This document shows, piece after piece, positions 46,961-62,129 of a stretch of DNA of 64,000 nucleotides; the first letter of the stretch is position 1, and each line of letters opens with the position of its first letter. The stretch covers positions 1 through 64,000 of the forward strand of contig MU053085.1 in the NCBI GenBank assembly GCA_013239625.1, in the 5' to 3' direction. Position numbers and translations under genes: made by a program. The notes beneath the pieces are model-generated. The model saw nothing but the letters and a program-made list of their open reading frames with translations. It made no database searches and was not told where the DNA came from. Source of the DNA: Lama guanicoe (Eukaryota).

Positions 46961-49900
46961 GGTCATCCTGTTTCTAATTACACAATTATTTCTTTTAACA
47001 GCGTCTCAAAAATAAAAAGTGTCTCAAGTAGTTATTTGGAGTTAGCTCAGTAAGAAGAACTTTTAAGGAAATTTTCTAACCTTCAACTCAAATATTCATT
47101 CACAATTAAGTTTCTTTGTTTGTTTGTTTCTTTCTTTCTTTCTATGTAAATTTATATTAATTTTTAAATAGAAACATGGTTAATTTTTACATAGAAACCA
47201 TGTTTCTCATCATATAATCTAAACAGAACCTGTTAACTGAAACAATCATAGGGTTTAAAAACCACAGTCAGAGGCCTTAGTACTCATTAAGTCTGATTCT
47301 CTTAGTTTATTAGTGAGAAAACTGAGGCCCAGAGAACTTGACTTGGTTGAGTTCCTATCATTACTAAGTAACAGCACAGAACTACCATTCTAACCCAGGA
47401 AAGCAACATTCCCCTTACCCTGCTTCAAAAAGGATTTAAGATGACTTGTATTAGAAACAGATCTAATCCTCGAGTAGTGACATGGGTCATAACCTGACAT
47501 TGAGTTTGGAAAACTTATAGGCAGTTTTATGAGGCCAGTGCTGGATTGTACTCATGGCATGAAAATAAAAGCTAAGACAAGTTTTATTCAAAGGTAAAAA
47601 AATAAAATGGACTTACTACTCAAAATTTAATAAAATTAGTTTCAAAATTCTTTTAAGATCAAACTAATGACCAAAGATAAAATTTATAGAGTTTTTAATT
47701 TGGGTAAAACAGCAAGTTGGACCATATAATGAATATTGCAGTATCAAGTTCAGAAGATGTGATTATGTCATTGATTTACTATGCCACACCACTAATTTTA
47801 GCTACACATGTATATTGTACATTTTAATTCAGCATCGCATACAATTTTTGTGGCTCCCTTCTGTTATTTGCAGATGGACAGTTTCCACAGGTAAGTTTCA
47901 AAACACACACACTTGTACAAGCACACACATGAACACACACAGGTTTTAAAGCAATCCATGACACCTGCCATGTGTTTAGTCACAGCAGAAAATTTGGGTG
48001 TGTGAGGACAGGACAGCAGCTAAATCCTGTTGAGATCCTGACCCCTAATATCTTGAACAGTTCTGAAAAAGTCCAGTCTGTTGGGGTGACAACATCTGAG
48101 AAGACAAGTTAGTTTTTAGAGGCCTTGCTTTCATAAAAGTCCCCTAACCCAGTCAGTTTATACAGATGTCCATAATATGATCTCAGCAGTGATAAGACTC
48201 ATGTATAAGAAAGTCTGACTGAGCCTTAACTACATTATTGGTTGAGTATGTACCCCCTAAACTATCAGTACTGGCCTGTGGCAGAGAAAAATTAGTCAAC
48301 CACAAAGTAATTGTATGCTAGCAGTGACTCAAAGGGAACTGCAGATGTGGTGTAAAGTTTTAGAGGAGCTCATAAGCCACTGGCGGAAATAGGGCCAATG
48401 GAAAAATGCTCAAGTTCACAAAAATTTAAAAAACAAAATAAAACTTAAAAATAATATTTTAACCATATTATCATCCTTCTTTTAGTCATTTTTTATTTAC
48501 TACCCGTAGCTTAGTATCTGGTAATTGTAGGCATTCCGTAATTGTTGGTTGAATGGGTAAAACATGGCAGCCAAGATGTATTGAGCACTTCCTGTGTGCT
48601 AAACACTAAGAACTTCTAACTGCATTATCAACTTAAATCCATGATAATTCTATGAGGTCTGGTTGTGGAAACGTGACTTCTGTTACATATCCAAGGTCAC
48701 CCAGTGAGTGTGGGAGGCAGGATTTGAAGCAAGGTCTGGTGCTCCAAGGGGGTGCTTTTGATAACTAGGATACAAATCCTTAATACAGATTAAAGTTGGA
48801 GTGTTTCTATCAGGAGCTAAACTGTTGGTGAACTCTTGTTCTGTTCACACAAACTTTGTTATTTTTTTAATGGTAATGATTATAGCATCGTCATGTTGTT
48901 GCCACAAGTTTTACTGGCTTATGTAAGGTATTTTATTTGGTTTTCTATAAATGCCTCTTTAAGAAACATAGGGACACTGGACTTAAATGTAACTTCAGGT
49001 CACTGGTTGACCCAGCTCCAAAAATTCCTGTGAAAATTTTGCTTCCCATGGGTAAAAGATAAATTCAGGATATAGGAATTGATGCACATTTTAATTCTTG
49101 CTACAAAGCCCAGGCTTCTGCGCAGAAATGGGCTTTAGATCATGTCATGTTATAGCAGTCTACCACTGTGTCACCTGAGTGTCACCTTACTGACATTCAA
49201 ATTCCAGGAGAGCTAGAAAAATTTCTTTTCCAATTAAACAGTACTTTAAACAAAACTGAAACCCAAAGTGGGATTTGGAGCTCACCTCTGAGCTCACGAA
49301 AATGTGAAGACGGTCTAAGTCCAGGTCAAAGTGGTCAAATTGCTTGGAATTCGGTCTGATATTTTTTCCTTGTTAATTAAAAAAGGGATTATTTTCTCCT
49401 GCCAGTGAGTGGCCTTTGGGTTGGGAATATTGTATAACCCAAGAAACCATCTTGATAAATTAGTCAGGAAATACGTTGTTCAAGCAATATTGTTTTTTGG
49501 TCTTTGGGGAGAATATACGGCTAAGTGATCCAGGGGGGAGGGTGGGGCAGGAAATCTGCAAGATGAATGTTGGAGAACTGTGTTCTTTGTGCATTCAGGA
49601 TCCACCATAATTCATTGTACTGGTCAGATGCTTATAAAACAACTTCTAGTATGTTGGATCCATAAAAGACACTTATCACTCTTTTAGAACAGCTTACTGC
49701 CTAAGAAAATCATTTGTTACATAATTGAATAGATTAATACTTCTTCCTATACATCCTTCCATGATGCCATAAAACAAATTAGCTCTATTTTTTAATCTTG
49801 AGTTCCTTTTTCTCACGGGATGCAAGTTGAGACAAAATATGTCCTAACTGGCCATTCCTCTGCAGATGACCTCTTTCATTTGGTATAAATATGGATAAGT

Positions 49901-50318
49901 GTTTTGCTTAGCCCAAGTCATTCCTTTGAAAATAGCTTGAGTTAAATGTGCTTTTCAAGGGACAGTCTTGAGATGGAATCTAGAAACAACTAGATTAAGC
50001 TACCTCTTTAATCACAGAATCTCTTATTTGAAAGGTACCTCAAAAGGTCACACAGTATAACCACATTAACTAGAGTTTACCATTAACTACAATCGGTCAA
50101 TATTCATGGAATACTTGCCAGCACCTATGCTCCAAAGTTGTTTAATTAAAAAATAAAGAATTTAATTTGATTCCCTGTGCCTTTATTGTCACTTCAGGAC
50201 CCTCTAAACAGTTCCTGCTCAATGCTATTTAAGATACAGCGTGATAGTGGTCAGGCAAGGAACATGTCTGTGGAAATTTTGATGGCAGAGTGGTCTTGTG
50301 TGACCACTGACAGGCTGT

Positions 50319-50331
50319 GTTGCCCGGTAAC
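50319..50331. promoter_or_regulatory. RFX X-box motif
   Basis: GTTGCC-C-GGTAAC fits the X-box consensus. Confidence 0.45.
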
Positions 50332-53300
50332 TGCACAAAGGGGCTTCTCAGGAGAAGGCTGTCTGTGTTCAAATGTGGCTCTGATGTTTGCTAGCTCTGC
50401 AATCTCTGGTGTTGTATGAGTCTCTAAGTCTCTCAGTTTCCTACTGTATCAAAAGGGACAGTGATGCACTGGCCTCCCAAGCTTGTGTAAAGGTCAAATG
50501 CAAAAGCACACATGCACAGCTTAGCATGGCTCTTTGCCCATGGTGTGCGCTCAGTTCATGCAGCTGTTACATAGAACACGATTATGTGATTATCATACTG
50601 TGGTCCTTGTGACAGCGTAGTGTCTGCCACATAATGGGTGCTCAGCCCACATTTATCAAGTGAGTGAATGGATAAATGAGGGAGACAGCTCCTCTACTGT
50701 GAGAAAAGTCAATCAGAATGAGTGCAGTCAGCTCAGATGTTTGCTATACAACACCTCTGGGCACAACCTTTATTCCCAAGTAAGTTGATAAAGTTGTCAA
50801 ACTCAGTCAGTAATCTCTACTTTTTTCTGGAATTCTAGACCTTGACTACAAGGTAGTTGAGGTTTAGGGGCAAACGCAGCACACGGTAATTTTACCCAGA
50901 AGAAAAGCTGTCATTTTTATGTACAGCTAAACATAGGAATCTTGCCTAAGACCAGCTTCATGGTCCAAAGAGGTTTGGTAGGTTCGAAGCAAATAAAATG
51001 AAGAACTGCTGCTGTTTAAATCAGGCCATACGGAGACGTGGATTCAGTGTCCTTACGTTGATTTTAGGTGGTGTTTACATTTGAAGATACAAAGTGGTGT
51101 TGGCTAATTTCCACAGTAGAAAGTTGCCCTAGTGAATGTTTTCAGTAACTTCTTTTTCTTCCTCATTCTTAATAAAGAAAAAATATTTGAATATCTGATA
51201 TGGGTGATTGAAGCAGGCAAATGCAAATAAGAAAGACAATTTTATTGCAAATCACTAATAACATTAATAAAAAGACATTAATTAAAAAGAAATAAGACAT
51301 TGTAAATTTTTGAAAAAGAAGTTTTTCACATATATTTTTGAAATATTGAGGGATTATGGTATCTTCCATTCTTAAATTAACAAATTCTTAAAAGCTTTAC
51401 TATATTATCATCTATCACTTTTATCGTGGGTTGGTTTATTTCAGCACAACAGCTATTTTTTGAGCACTTACTCTGTACTAATGATTTGGTCCCTGAAGGG
51501 ATTGCAAAAATGGGGGAATAAAGCTAGTTTTAGTTAGAAGACAGTAAGTGCTGTGATGAGTAGGAGGACGTTATAAGAGAAACCAAGCATAGGTCACAGC
51601 GGTCAGAAAAAGCTTCCTAAAGGAGGTGAAACTTGAAAGATGAATAGGAGTTAGTCAGAAGGGGGAACAGGGCGTTTCAGGTAAAGGGAGCCAGAGACAC
51701 GTGGGAAGGAACATGCCGCTCGTGAGGAGCTGCAAGTCACGGGACCCTCAGGAGATGCGCTGTAGGGGGGAGAGGGCAGGAAATATGAGGGCAGTGGGCT
51801 GGGTCAGTCCATTTACTTTACTTCATTAGTGTGATCAAGTCACAATGTGCCAGCATTTTCAAACTGTGTTCCACTGCTTGTTAGTAGCTGTTACTTTGGG
51901 GAAAACAAGAGATCATGAGTCAAATGCTTACGGGCCATGTTTTGTTATACAATATTGTGTGTTTCTTTACTTCAAGTCTTTTTGGAACCTTTATTATGTC
52001 AATGGCCTTTGTGATCTTGCAAGAGGAGGACACAGCATGAAGCATTTTCTAAACTTACTTGGACATAGATCTTCTTGCAGCTTTTGTGTTTCATCTTGCA
52101 GGATTTGAAGCATTTTCTGAACTTATTTCAGCAGGTCATCTTGCAGGATTTGCATTTCATGGAAAACCCTTTTGGCAAAAGTGCATTCTAGTAGAAAAGT
52201 AGAGGAAGACTGTGAAAGGGGAAAATTAGATGGAGGCAGATTAATTATGATCTCATTGACATAGTCCTGGAGTGGCCTAGAGAGGGATGGGGCAGAACCA
52301 ACCTTCATTAGTAGACAACAAAGACGGAGAGCAGGTGATTGATTGAAAGAGTTTTGGAATCTATGGGAAACACGGATCTGGTGATTGCCTTCTCCCATTA
52401 AATTAGGAGGTTAAAGTCAGCAGGACTAGGCAACTGATGGCCTATGAAGGGTGAGGAGAGGATGAGTGAATCAATACTGGCTCAGGTTCCTGATCTGGGA
52501 AAGTGGGTGACAAGTGGTACTTTCAGTGAGACCTGAAATACTAGTGGAACAACGTGGAGCTAAGAGTGCTGGGAAGCAGGCTTTTAGGCATATAAATGTT
52601 AATGTGTCCAGGGAACAAGTTGAATATTTAAGTGGATATGGGAGACAGAAGCACACAGCGGTAGTTCAGTCCATGTGAGTGGATGAGATTACTCATCCAG
52701 GGAGGAATATGGGTCATTTTACCGAAAAGCAATTTGCAAAAAGCTGTCCTTCTCAGGGAATTTCTTTCAGAGAATTATCCATTTAGGAAATTGCCTTTTG
52801 GCTAATTGTACACTGGCAAACCATCTGTAGGCAAATTGACCTAGAGCCACCAGGAAAGCTGTAGGGCATGAGAGAATTCAGGACAAAGATGAACCTTTGA
52901 ATTAAGACATGGCAGATTCAAAGAAAAAACTCAGAAAAAAGAAATGAAGGACTATAGAATGAAAGGATATATTTTCACTAGTATAATTTGTTCTGCCAAA
53001 CAATTATTTATTTATATGAAAATGTCTGACTCAACAGAAGAATTAATACCAAACTCTTTAAGTTGCGAGATAGGTGGGAAGCTGTGTTTGTTCTGAAATG
53101 TGCTTGAATAAATGGCCCAAGGTCAGGATTAACTGAACTTCTTTATCTCTAACTACAGTACCCTGTTACCAGAGTTACCCATTCCTACTGTATATTTTTA
53201 ACATAGCTCAGACTAAGCCTAGATCTTCTTGGCTGTAATAGTGATGACTGTACACAGCTAGACACATTACATGCACATAATAGCAGCCAGCGTGCTTCAA

Positions 53301-53589
53301 GATAGAAATAATATGACTATTTTATTTTTGAGATCTCTTGCTTAAATAAGAAATGATGATGATTCTTGGATTCTAATTTTGTACTCTTTAGTGAACTCAT
53401 GGGTTTCTTCAGCAATGATCTGTCATCTTCAGAATTAACTGTGCCTTGTATAGCTGCTGCTGGGCTAAGACCTGTGCCTAAGATCACAGATTATCACCAA
53501 GGAGTAAGTGTGTGGCCTTGTGTGGGGGGACTGTGTGGCCATTAGAATGAGCAGAAGACAGGGTTTCTAGCCCCAAGTTTTGCTTATTT

Positions 53590-53920
53590 ATTTTTATTTT
53601 AGTAAGAACACTTAACAAGATATCTATCTTTGTAACAAATTTTTAAGTGTACAATACAGGATTGTTGATTACAGGGACAATATTGTAGAGCAAATCTCTA
53701 GAACTCAGTCATCTCACATAGTTGAGATTTTATGCCTGTTGCTTAGAAACTCCCCACTTCCCTTCCCTTCCATCCTCTGACCATTCTAGTCTCATTCTAT
53801 GAGTTAGGCTATTTTAGATACCATGGATAAGTGAAATCATGCAGTATTTGTTTTGCCACAACCGTCTTATTATATTTAGCAAAATGTCCTCATGGTTTGG
53901 CCATGTTGTCACATACTGCC
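53590..53920 (-). mobile_element. L1MA-type 3' end fragment
   Basis: gtaagaacacttaacaagatatctatc...aaattttaagtgtacaatac...ctctagaact...ataagtgaaatcatgcagtatttg. Confidence 0.75.
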
Positions 53921-56900
53921 ACACACTAGATTCCTTTTTAGCAAAAAGAGAGGAAAGGAGTATATATCGAGTTCTACTGCAAGTGGCTGTAAAGCAGGGA
54001 AGATAAGCTAGATCAGAGGCTTAGCAGGAAAGCAGAAGACAAGCTAGGTGTTGACAGTAGCTGCTCATTCTCTGAACTCCCTGAAGTCTGAGTTTCAATT
54101 ATTCAGATAGGCAATGATGATCCATTCCTTAAATGAAAGCCTTGGGTTGCAAACTTCTAAAAAGAGAAGACAAATACTGGGAAACCATGTTTGAATGACA
54201 TCAACATCCACGAATTAAAGAAATGTTCTAATGCTTTATCCACCTAAAGCCAGGCAGCCAGACATTGGTGTCCTGCATGTTCTTTAGAGATGAAGTATTT
54301 CCTCCACATTGTCTGTGCTGGGCCAGTCCAGCCTGGCATCTAAGGGCATGCTGTGCCCGTCCTCTTAGCCATACAGATTCTATCTGTCCTTTATGATTTA
54401 GCTGAAGATGCCTTTTGTCCATGAAGATTCTCCTGACTTCTTTTGTTAATATCTCATTGCTCTATATCACTAGTTCATTCCAAATATATTTATTGAGTGT
54501 CCATTATGTGTCAGACTCAATTCTTGGTCCAGGATTATAGCAGTGAACAAAACCAAGCCCCCTTTCTCAAAGAGCTTACATTCTCAAAGGAGAAATTTAC
54601 TAAGAAAATAAATCATCTCTTTGTCTCTAGATAGATAGAGAGAGATAGAAATGGATAGATGGCTGGAAGGACAGGTGGATAGATGGAGATAAAGTTGATA
54701 AAGGCTATAAGAAAAAATAGGAAACAAATAAACAATAATAGTAGCAGATAAAGAAAATGCGAGTGAGTGATCAGCGTGTGTGGTGAAGGTGGGCTGACAA
54801 GCAGGACTTACTATTATTAGCGTTTGCTGCCATATTGTGAACTGCTTGAAGAGAAGTGCTCTGTTCTATTTCTCTTATGCTCTCATCAGTGCCTGAGCAC
54901 AGGGCTGGATATAGGCAATAGGCTTAACAGATGTTTGCTTATTGACACAGTTTTTCACATTTCATCCAGATATTTTGGCATGACAGAGGTGCAGCTTTAG
55001 TTTCCATTGAAATATCAAATTGGTCTAAATTGGCTGGGCTAGAGGTTTGGTTTCATGTTTGTATGCAGAGCAATATGCTCTAAATAAATCCAAGGGGATT
55101 TAGTGGCAATTTTTGGCAGCAGTTTCTCCTCTGTGCTTCTGTTTTTCCTTTCTTGGTTTTCCCTGATGTCCTTCCATTACTGAGAGATTTCTGAGTGCAA
55201 TTAGTGTGGCTCCACACAGTGACCTTTCACCTTTGCCCTGAACAGATGATAAAGCTGAACCAAAGGAAAGGAGGATCACAACAGAGGCCACTGAAGAGCA
55301 CCCTTTGGTCCTGGGAGGAGTGGGAGGATGTAGGGGTGATGTTCTCTCGTCCATTTATACCTCACCCCCTTTGGATCTCACTGAACCAGCTGAAGAAGGG
55401 CACAGGCTAACAACAAGAAAGACTTTTACCTCAGGAGTTACCAGGGGCAGTGCCAGGAAGGAGAAAAGCAGATTGAGAGAGAATGGAGGAGGGAGGGGGG
55501 AAAAGGATCTCAGGATAGGGGGTCAAAAACAAACCAGGCCAGAAAAATGCTTTTCCTAGCTTTTGTATGAGACATGGCATCCCCAGAGAGAATTTCTTAA
55601 ACTCAGTGAACTTTCAAATGGCATTAGAAAGGCTTCCACCTGGAGTCTGGGGAGAATTTATAGTATTCTTGGAAAGGGTTTTTAAACATCTCTAGCCTGC
55701 AAAGAAACTAAAACAACAATCTCCTTTGCTCTGTGCTGTTTGTATTTCCCCTCCTGTTTATCGACGCAGTCTTACTTTATCAACACAAACGAGAACTGCA
55801 CGAACTGGGCCTCCGTGAACACAGGCCTTCTGCCCGTGCTGTCTAACTTCACCTCACCGTGACCCCTGGGAGGGAGGCATGGTTACTTCTCTGTCACAGA
55901 GGAAGAAACCCAAGTCTGAAGAGATTAAGAGCCTTCCCCCAAGCACCCAGCAGCTGTGTCAGAATGGAGATTGGAACCCAGGTCTCTGGGGTCACAGTCA
56001 GAGTCCATGAATTCTTTATGTCTTTTAACAGGCATCAAATTGTTCAGGTGAGAAATTACAAGTATAGTGCTGATGGCTGAAAATAGAGTCACCATTCTCC
56101 CCATCACACACACACGCACACACACACACATAGCCTGGACGTAGAGGGATGTAAATAGAATAACTGGTCATGTTACTGTCCGTCCTTGCCTGGCTCCATA
56201 TGGATCTTCTGCCTCATTTCTTTTTCCTGCTTGGATTCCTCTCAGGCCATGGGCACGCAGGCTGGCTTTTATAGCCGTGATGATTTATAGTCATGTTTTA
56301 CTTGGTTTGCCATGTAGGAACTTATCCTGAAGACCTCCAACCCCCTGAAGGTGTCAAACAACCCTACCATGGGATTGGAAGGTAATTTTTATGAAAATCA
56401 GGTAAGACGGTGAAGGAAAGGAAGTGAGAGAAGGTTCTATTAAATAGACTTCAGCGGTAAAGATTAAAAGTGAAAAATAAAATTTGCTTTTCGTGCTCGG
56501 CTACTGAAATCCTGATTTGGAGCTTGCCCTTTAACATACAAATTATAAAAGTACAGTGAAAATATTATGAGAGCGTGTCAGCTGACTTCTAGTTAAAAGT
56601 CACTGTGACCTGGGGAAATCCTTGAGTTATAGTTTCCTCATCTGCAGAATAAAGGGATTTATTTTAGATCATTCTGTGTCAAAATTTTACATTCTTTTAA
56701 AATTTCCCTTGTGTAAAGTTATGTTTTTTGAGCCACTAAAATGACTCAAATAATATTCTAAATATTCTTTTTAAATATTTTATTTTTAAAATAACTATCT
56801 GAAGATTAGACTAAGTGTACAAGGGGACCTAACCTGTATTTTGTGTTCATAGTTCACCTAGAATCACATGGATAGAATTACCCTCACTGCCATGGCTATT

Positions 56901-59900
56901 TGTAGAAAATGGATCCACTTGGGGGTCATGAGCATGAACTCTGGTGGCTCAGGGCAGTGACACCTGCTCTCTTGCTGAGGAGGTTTCAGAAGCATCGTGC
57001 AGCCTAGGAAAGTGGCCCTCAGGACCTGTCACCTAGTGACACTGACAGAGCAGCCTGTGGGGAGGCCGCCAGCCAGGGCCACGGGCACACAGCAAGTGAG
57101 GGGCACCAACAGTCCACTGCTTTTGGTGAGCAAGTGCAACAGCCTCAGCCGACAGCCACCAGAATGGCTGTCATGCTGAGGTCACGGCACAAGGTTACAG
57201 GACACGGCATCTGGGAAGCATTATAAGGACAGACAGGTAACACTTCAGCAATGGCTAAAGATCAGAAAGAAAAGAGATCTTTTCAGCTGAGTGGAAGATA
57301 GAGACATAAGGAAATATTTATAGCAAATGATTTCCAGTGTAATCTAGAAATATTCTGTGGCAGTCATTGAAACTTTGTAGTGAAACCACAGTAATTCTTT
57401 GGTCTCAGTTCTTAGTGGGGACTTTGGGTGTACATGAAAAACAGAGACTTTGACCAAACTGAGCTCCAGACAAGCAAAAAGTAATTCAGCAGATGGCTGT
57501 GCATTTCTGAATTCTCAAGTATCACTGAGCCTTGTACCCTTGGATCGCACGTCGTATCCCATTGGTATTAGAGATGGTGGCTTTTCCTTTCTTTGTTGTG
57601 TGGCCGTCTGGTGTGGTGTATATCTGTCCTTTTCCTCTTTTTAATACAGGATTTGTCAAAGTAATGTGTATATTTCTTTAAATTCTGCTGTTTAGAAATG
57701 TGTTTTTCTTATGGGTTTTATGATCTTTCCTTTTAGAAATTGACTTGAATAATTTTGATGTTAAAACCTTTATTAGTTTGATTTTTAAAATGTTTTATTA
57801 ACATTCTTTCTCACTTCTGACTGACCCCATAACTGCAAGATACATAATAGTACCCGTGTGGGATTTGAGGGACATTGTCGCTTTGCTTATAGTGGGTCTT
57901 AGGGTGTCATGTGACAGTCATCCTTAAAATGAATGAAAACATATTCTTAGAGGGAATTTTGGTCAATTTGAGGCTGTTGTCTTTTGGGAAATCTGATACT
58001 CATCAACCAAGGCTGGGGATTACTGTTCTGAAATTGTAATTTTGCATAGCAATGATCTTAGAAAATGCCTACAGTGTTTGTAGCTGCCCCAGAATCATTC
58101 TTTTTAAATGAAGAATTGGCCAGAATTGAGAGCTGTGTCTGTAGAGGAAACTTCCACAGGCTGGTGATACTTGCAGGAGGGAAATAGGGAGGTCTGTTTC
58201 CATCGACTGTGAAATTAGACAGAACACAGGTGAAAGGACAGGGAGGGAGTGAGGCTGGGGGTATGATGAATGGGGACACCAAGCCCGCTCACTGCTAACC
58301 AAAGATAAGGTGGGGGTTGATAGACATTTCTTCCTTATGTGAAGTGCGGTTCCTTTGCGGGAACAGATGCAGGAGATCTGAAGGGAAAAATCCCACTCTT
58401 CAGGCTATGGCAAGAGATAATCACTGGTGTGTCTGGGCCCTACGAGCCCCAGGCCCTCCCCAGTAGGGGGAGTTCCCACTCTATATGGTGGAGACCAATG
58501 GAAGCAGGAGAGGCCTCAGCATGCGGGAGGCCAATCTGAGGAGCTGTTACCGTGGCTCATTCCTGACCCCTGCACCTGGCTGCCTTCCTCACAGGTGGGT
58601 GCCTGGAAGTAGCAAATTTGGTTGGGGAGGGGACAGCAGAGATGGCAAAAGTTGTAGACAGAAATAAGAATCTGGTGCTACAGCGGGTAGCAGGGGATTC
58701 TCTGCGTGGCAGCAGGACAGGAGGCCAGAGGCATCTCCATGAGCACCTAGCCGCCACGAGAAGCGAGGCAACTGAGGGGCACCCCAGAGGGGAGAATGTG
58801 GAGGGGCTGTTGTTCCAGGGGCTCCACTCTGTTGTCCCTGTTTTGTTCTGTAACTGCATCTCAGCCTCGAGAAAAGCTTTTATGAGTGAAACAGAATTTT
58901 GGAAGAATGAATGACGAGTGAGAAGAATGAGTAAAGAACTTACGCTGAATATTAGAGGGCTCTGTGTCCATTGACTTGTTAGATTATGCCTTGTTTTGTA
59001 TGTTTGCTAGCAACTCATTTTAAGAAAACTGAAAATAAAAAATAATGTGTCTTCCTTTCATGCCATTCCATGGTTCAAAAGCATTTTCACATGTTTTACA
59101 TCATTTATAAAAAGAAAAAATTATGAGATAGAAAAGGTTTGTTTTTCCAATTTTGTGGATTAAGAAACCAAGCTCAGGATGATGGTTAAGTTACTGTTCA
59201 AGGTTACATAGTCTATAAGTGAATCAAGGTTTGATTCCAGTTCTTCTTTGTTTTTATTCTATTATGTTTCTTTCTGGTTTGGATAGTTTACACATTCACA
59301 TGATTAAAAAATCCAACTGTAACAGCATTAAGAAGTCCCTCTCCAACCCCTGTCCATGTCTACTATAGTCACACCCCCTTTTATAAATAAAAGATATCAT
59401 ACTATGTACTCTTTTTTATGACTTTTTTTTGACACATTTAGTAATTTATCCTGGAGCGCTTCCCAGGGCCACGCACAAAGCGCCCCCTCCTTGCTTTGTG
59501 TCGCTGTGTGCTGCTACCTTGGGTGGAGGGTTCACAGGGTATAAGTTTGAGTTTGATAACATTTGGGGTTTTTTTTCTATTACAAACAAGGTTTTAGTGA
59601 ATAGTTGCACAAAACATCATTTCATTTTATACATATGCTTCTGTAGGATAATTTCTCAAAACAAAGTCTTGGGTCAGAGGATAAATGCATTTATAATTAA
59701 ATAAAAATTGCCAAGTTTCTCTTCATAGGAATTACACTATTTTTCACTTTTACCTGTAATATGTAAGACTGTCAGTTTTTTTCATAAAATTGCCTGCAAA
59801 TTGGTATTGTCTAACTTTGAATTTATGCCATTATGATTGTTTAGGCTGATTGCTTGTTGTAATCTTAATTTGCCTTTTTGGGGAAATTTCTCCTTTTGAT

Positions 59901-59904
59901 TTTA

Positions 59905-61440
59905 ATTTTTTGTTGAAATATATGTGATTTACAATATTACATTAATTTCAGGTGCACAACAGTGATTCTAAATTTTTATAGTTTATGCTCCATTTAAAGT
60001 TATCATAAAGTGTTGGCTATATTACCTGTGCTGCACAATATACCCTTGTAGCTTATTTATTTTATACATAGTAGTTGTACCTCTTAGTTCCCTACCTCTG
60101 AATTTCCCCTCCCCCTTCTCTCTACCCACCGGTAACCACCAGTTTGTTCTCTTTATCTATGAGTCAGTTTCTATTTTGTTATATTCATGCTTGTTTTATT
60201 TTTTTAGATTCCACATATAAGTGATAGCATACAATATTTGTCTTTCTCTGTTTGATTTATTTCACTAAGTATAATACTCTCCAGGTCCATCCATGTTGTT
60301 GCAAATGGCAAAATTTCATTCTTTTTTATGACTGAGTAGCATTCCATTATATATGTATAAATCACATCCTTCTTTATCCATTCATCTATTGTTGGACACT
60401 TACATTGCTGCCATATCTTGGCTATTATAAATAATGCTGCTATAAACATTGGGGTGCATGTATCTTTTCCAATTAGTGTTTTTGTTTTCTTTACTGATAT
60501 ACCCAGGAGTAGAATTTCTGGATCAAATGGCAGTTCTATTTTTAGTTTTTTGAGGAAACTCCGTACTGTTTTCCACAGTGGCTGCACCAGTTTACATTCC
60601 CACCACCAGTGTACAAGGGTTCCCTTTTCTCAACATCCTCACCAACATCTGCTGTTTGTGGTCTCTTTTGATGATAATCATTCTGACAGTTGTGAGGTGA
60701 TATCTCATTATGGTTTTGATTTACTTTTCTCTGATTAGCAACGTTGAGCATCATTTCATGTGTCTGTTGGCTATCTGTGTGTCTTCTTTGGAAATATGTT
60801 CAGATCTTCTGTCCAATTTTTAATTATCTGTTTTTTTAAATATTGATTTGTGTGAGCTGTTTATATGTTTTGGATACTAACCCCTTGTTGGTCATATCGT
60901 TTGCAAATATTGTCTCCCATTTAGTAGGTTGACTTATCATTTTGTTGATGGTTTCCTTTGCTGTGCAAAAATTTTAAAGTTTACTTAGGTCCCATTTGTT
61001 TATTTTTGATTTGTTTCCTTTTCCTGGGGAGACATATCCAAAAAAGTATTGCTATGATTTATATCAGAGTGTTCTGCCCATGTTTTCTTTTAGTAGTTTT
61101 ATGGTGAATGGTCTTTAATCCATTTTGAGTTTCGTTGTGTACGTGCTGTCAGAGAATGTTTTAATTTCAGTCTTTTACAGGTAGCTGTCCAGTTTTCCCA
61201 GCACCACTTACTGAAGAGACTATCTTTTCCCCATTGCATATTCTTGCCTCCTTTGTAATAGATTAGTTGACCATAAATATGTGGGTTAATATCTAAGCTT
61301 TCTATTTTCTTCCATTGATCTATGTGTCTGTTTTTGTGCTGATACCATACTGTTTTGATTACTGTAGCTTTGTAATACATTATGTAGTCAGAGATTATGA
61401 TACCTCCTGCTCTGTTCTTCTTTCTCAAGATTGTTTTGAC
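59905..61440 (-). mobile_element. 5'-truncated LINE-1 (ORF2 C-terminus plus 3'UTR)
   Basis: Minus ORFs 61099-61428 ([34 protein letters not shown]) and 60204-60587 ([27 protein letters not shown]) are L1 ORF2p. Confidence 0.95.
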
Positions 61441-61534
61441 ATTTGTCTTTTACACTATGAATTGAGGTTAATTTTTTCCTCTATCATTTCTCTTTTGATT
61501 TTGCTACTTGTTTCTTTCTTTTCTTTTTCAGTAC

Positions 61535-61755
61535 TGTTTTCATTGAGTTATAATCAGTTTACAATGTTGTGTCATTTTCCAGTGTAGAGCACAATTTTTC
61601 AGTTATGCATTAACATACATATATTCATTGTTGCATTCTTTTTCACTGTGAGCTACCACAAAATCTTGTATATATTTCCCTGTGCTGTACAGTATAATTT
61701 TATCTATTCTATATATACTTGTCAGTATCTACAAATTTTGAGTTCCAGTCTGTCA
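61535..61755 (-). mobile_element. Short camelid-type L1 3'UTR fragment
   Basis: Reverse-complement similarity to 45590-45785 (cagtttacaatgttgtgtca..ttttcagttat..atatttccctgtgctgtacagtataat). Confidence 0.75.
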
Positions 61756-62129
61756 CCTTGTTTCTTTTTAATTTGGTATTTAGACATATTTTTTGGTAGA
61801 CAAAATGATTATTATTTTTTTTACAATTTAAAAATGATTCTAGGTTTTAAATTCGAAAGGCTTTCTCTAACCTAAGCATATGTTTTCTTCTATTGGCATA
61901 ACAAGGTATAAAAATAAGATCAAAGCCAATATCTAAAATTTCAATGTCTCCAGGTTAGCATGTTTCATACCAACACTGGTGGAGGGCTAAATTTGTGTCC
62001 TCATTTTCCCATGACACTAGCAGAAACTGGAGGGCAAGACCTTTTCAAATACTTTTATGGATTTTTCCTTTTTGAAACTTATGTAGATATTTGCAGCATA
62101 TCTTCTTGCGAAGGTCATCATCATTTGCT

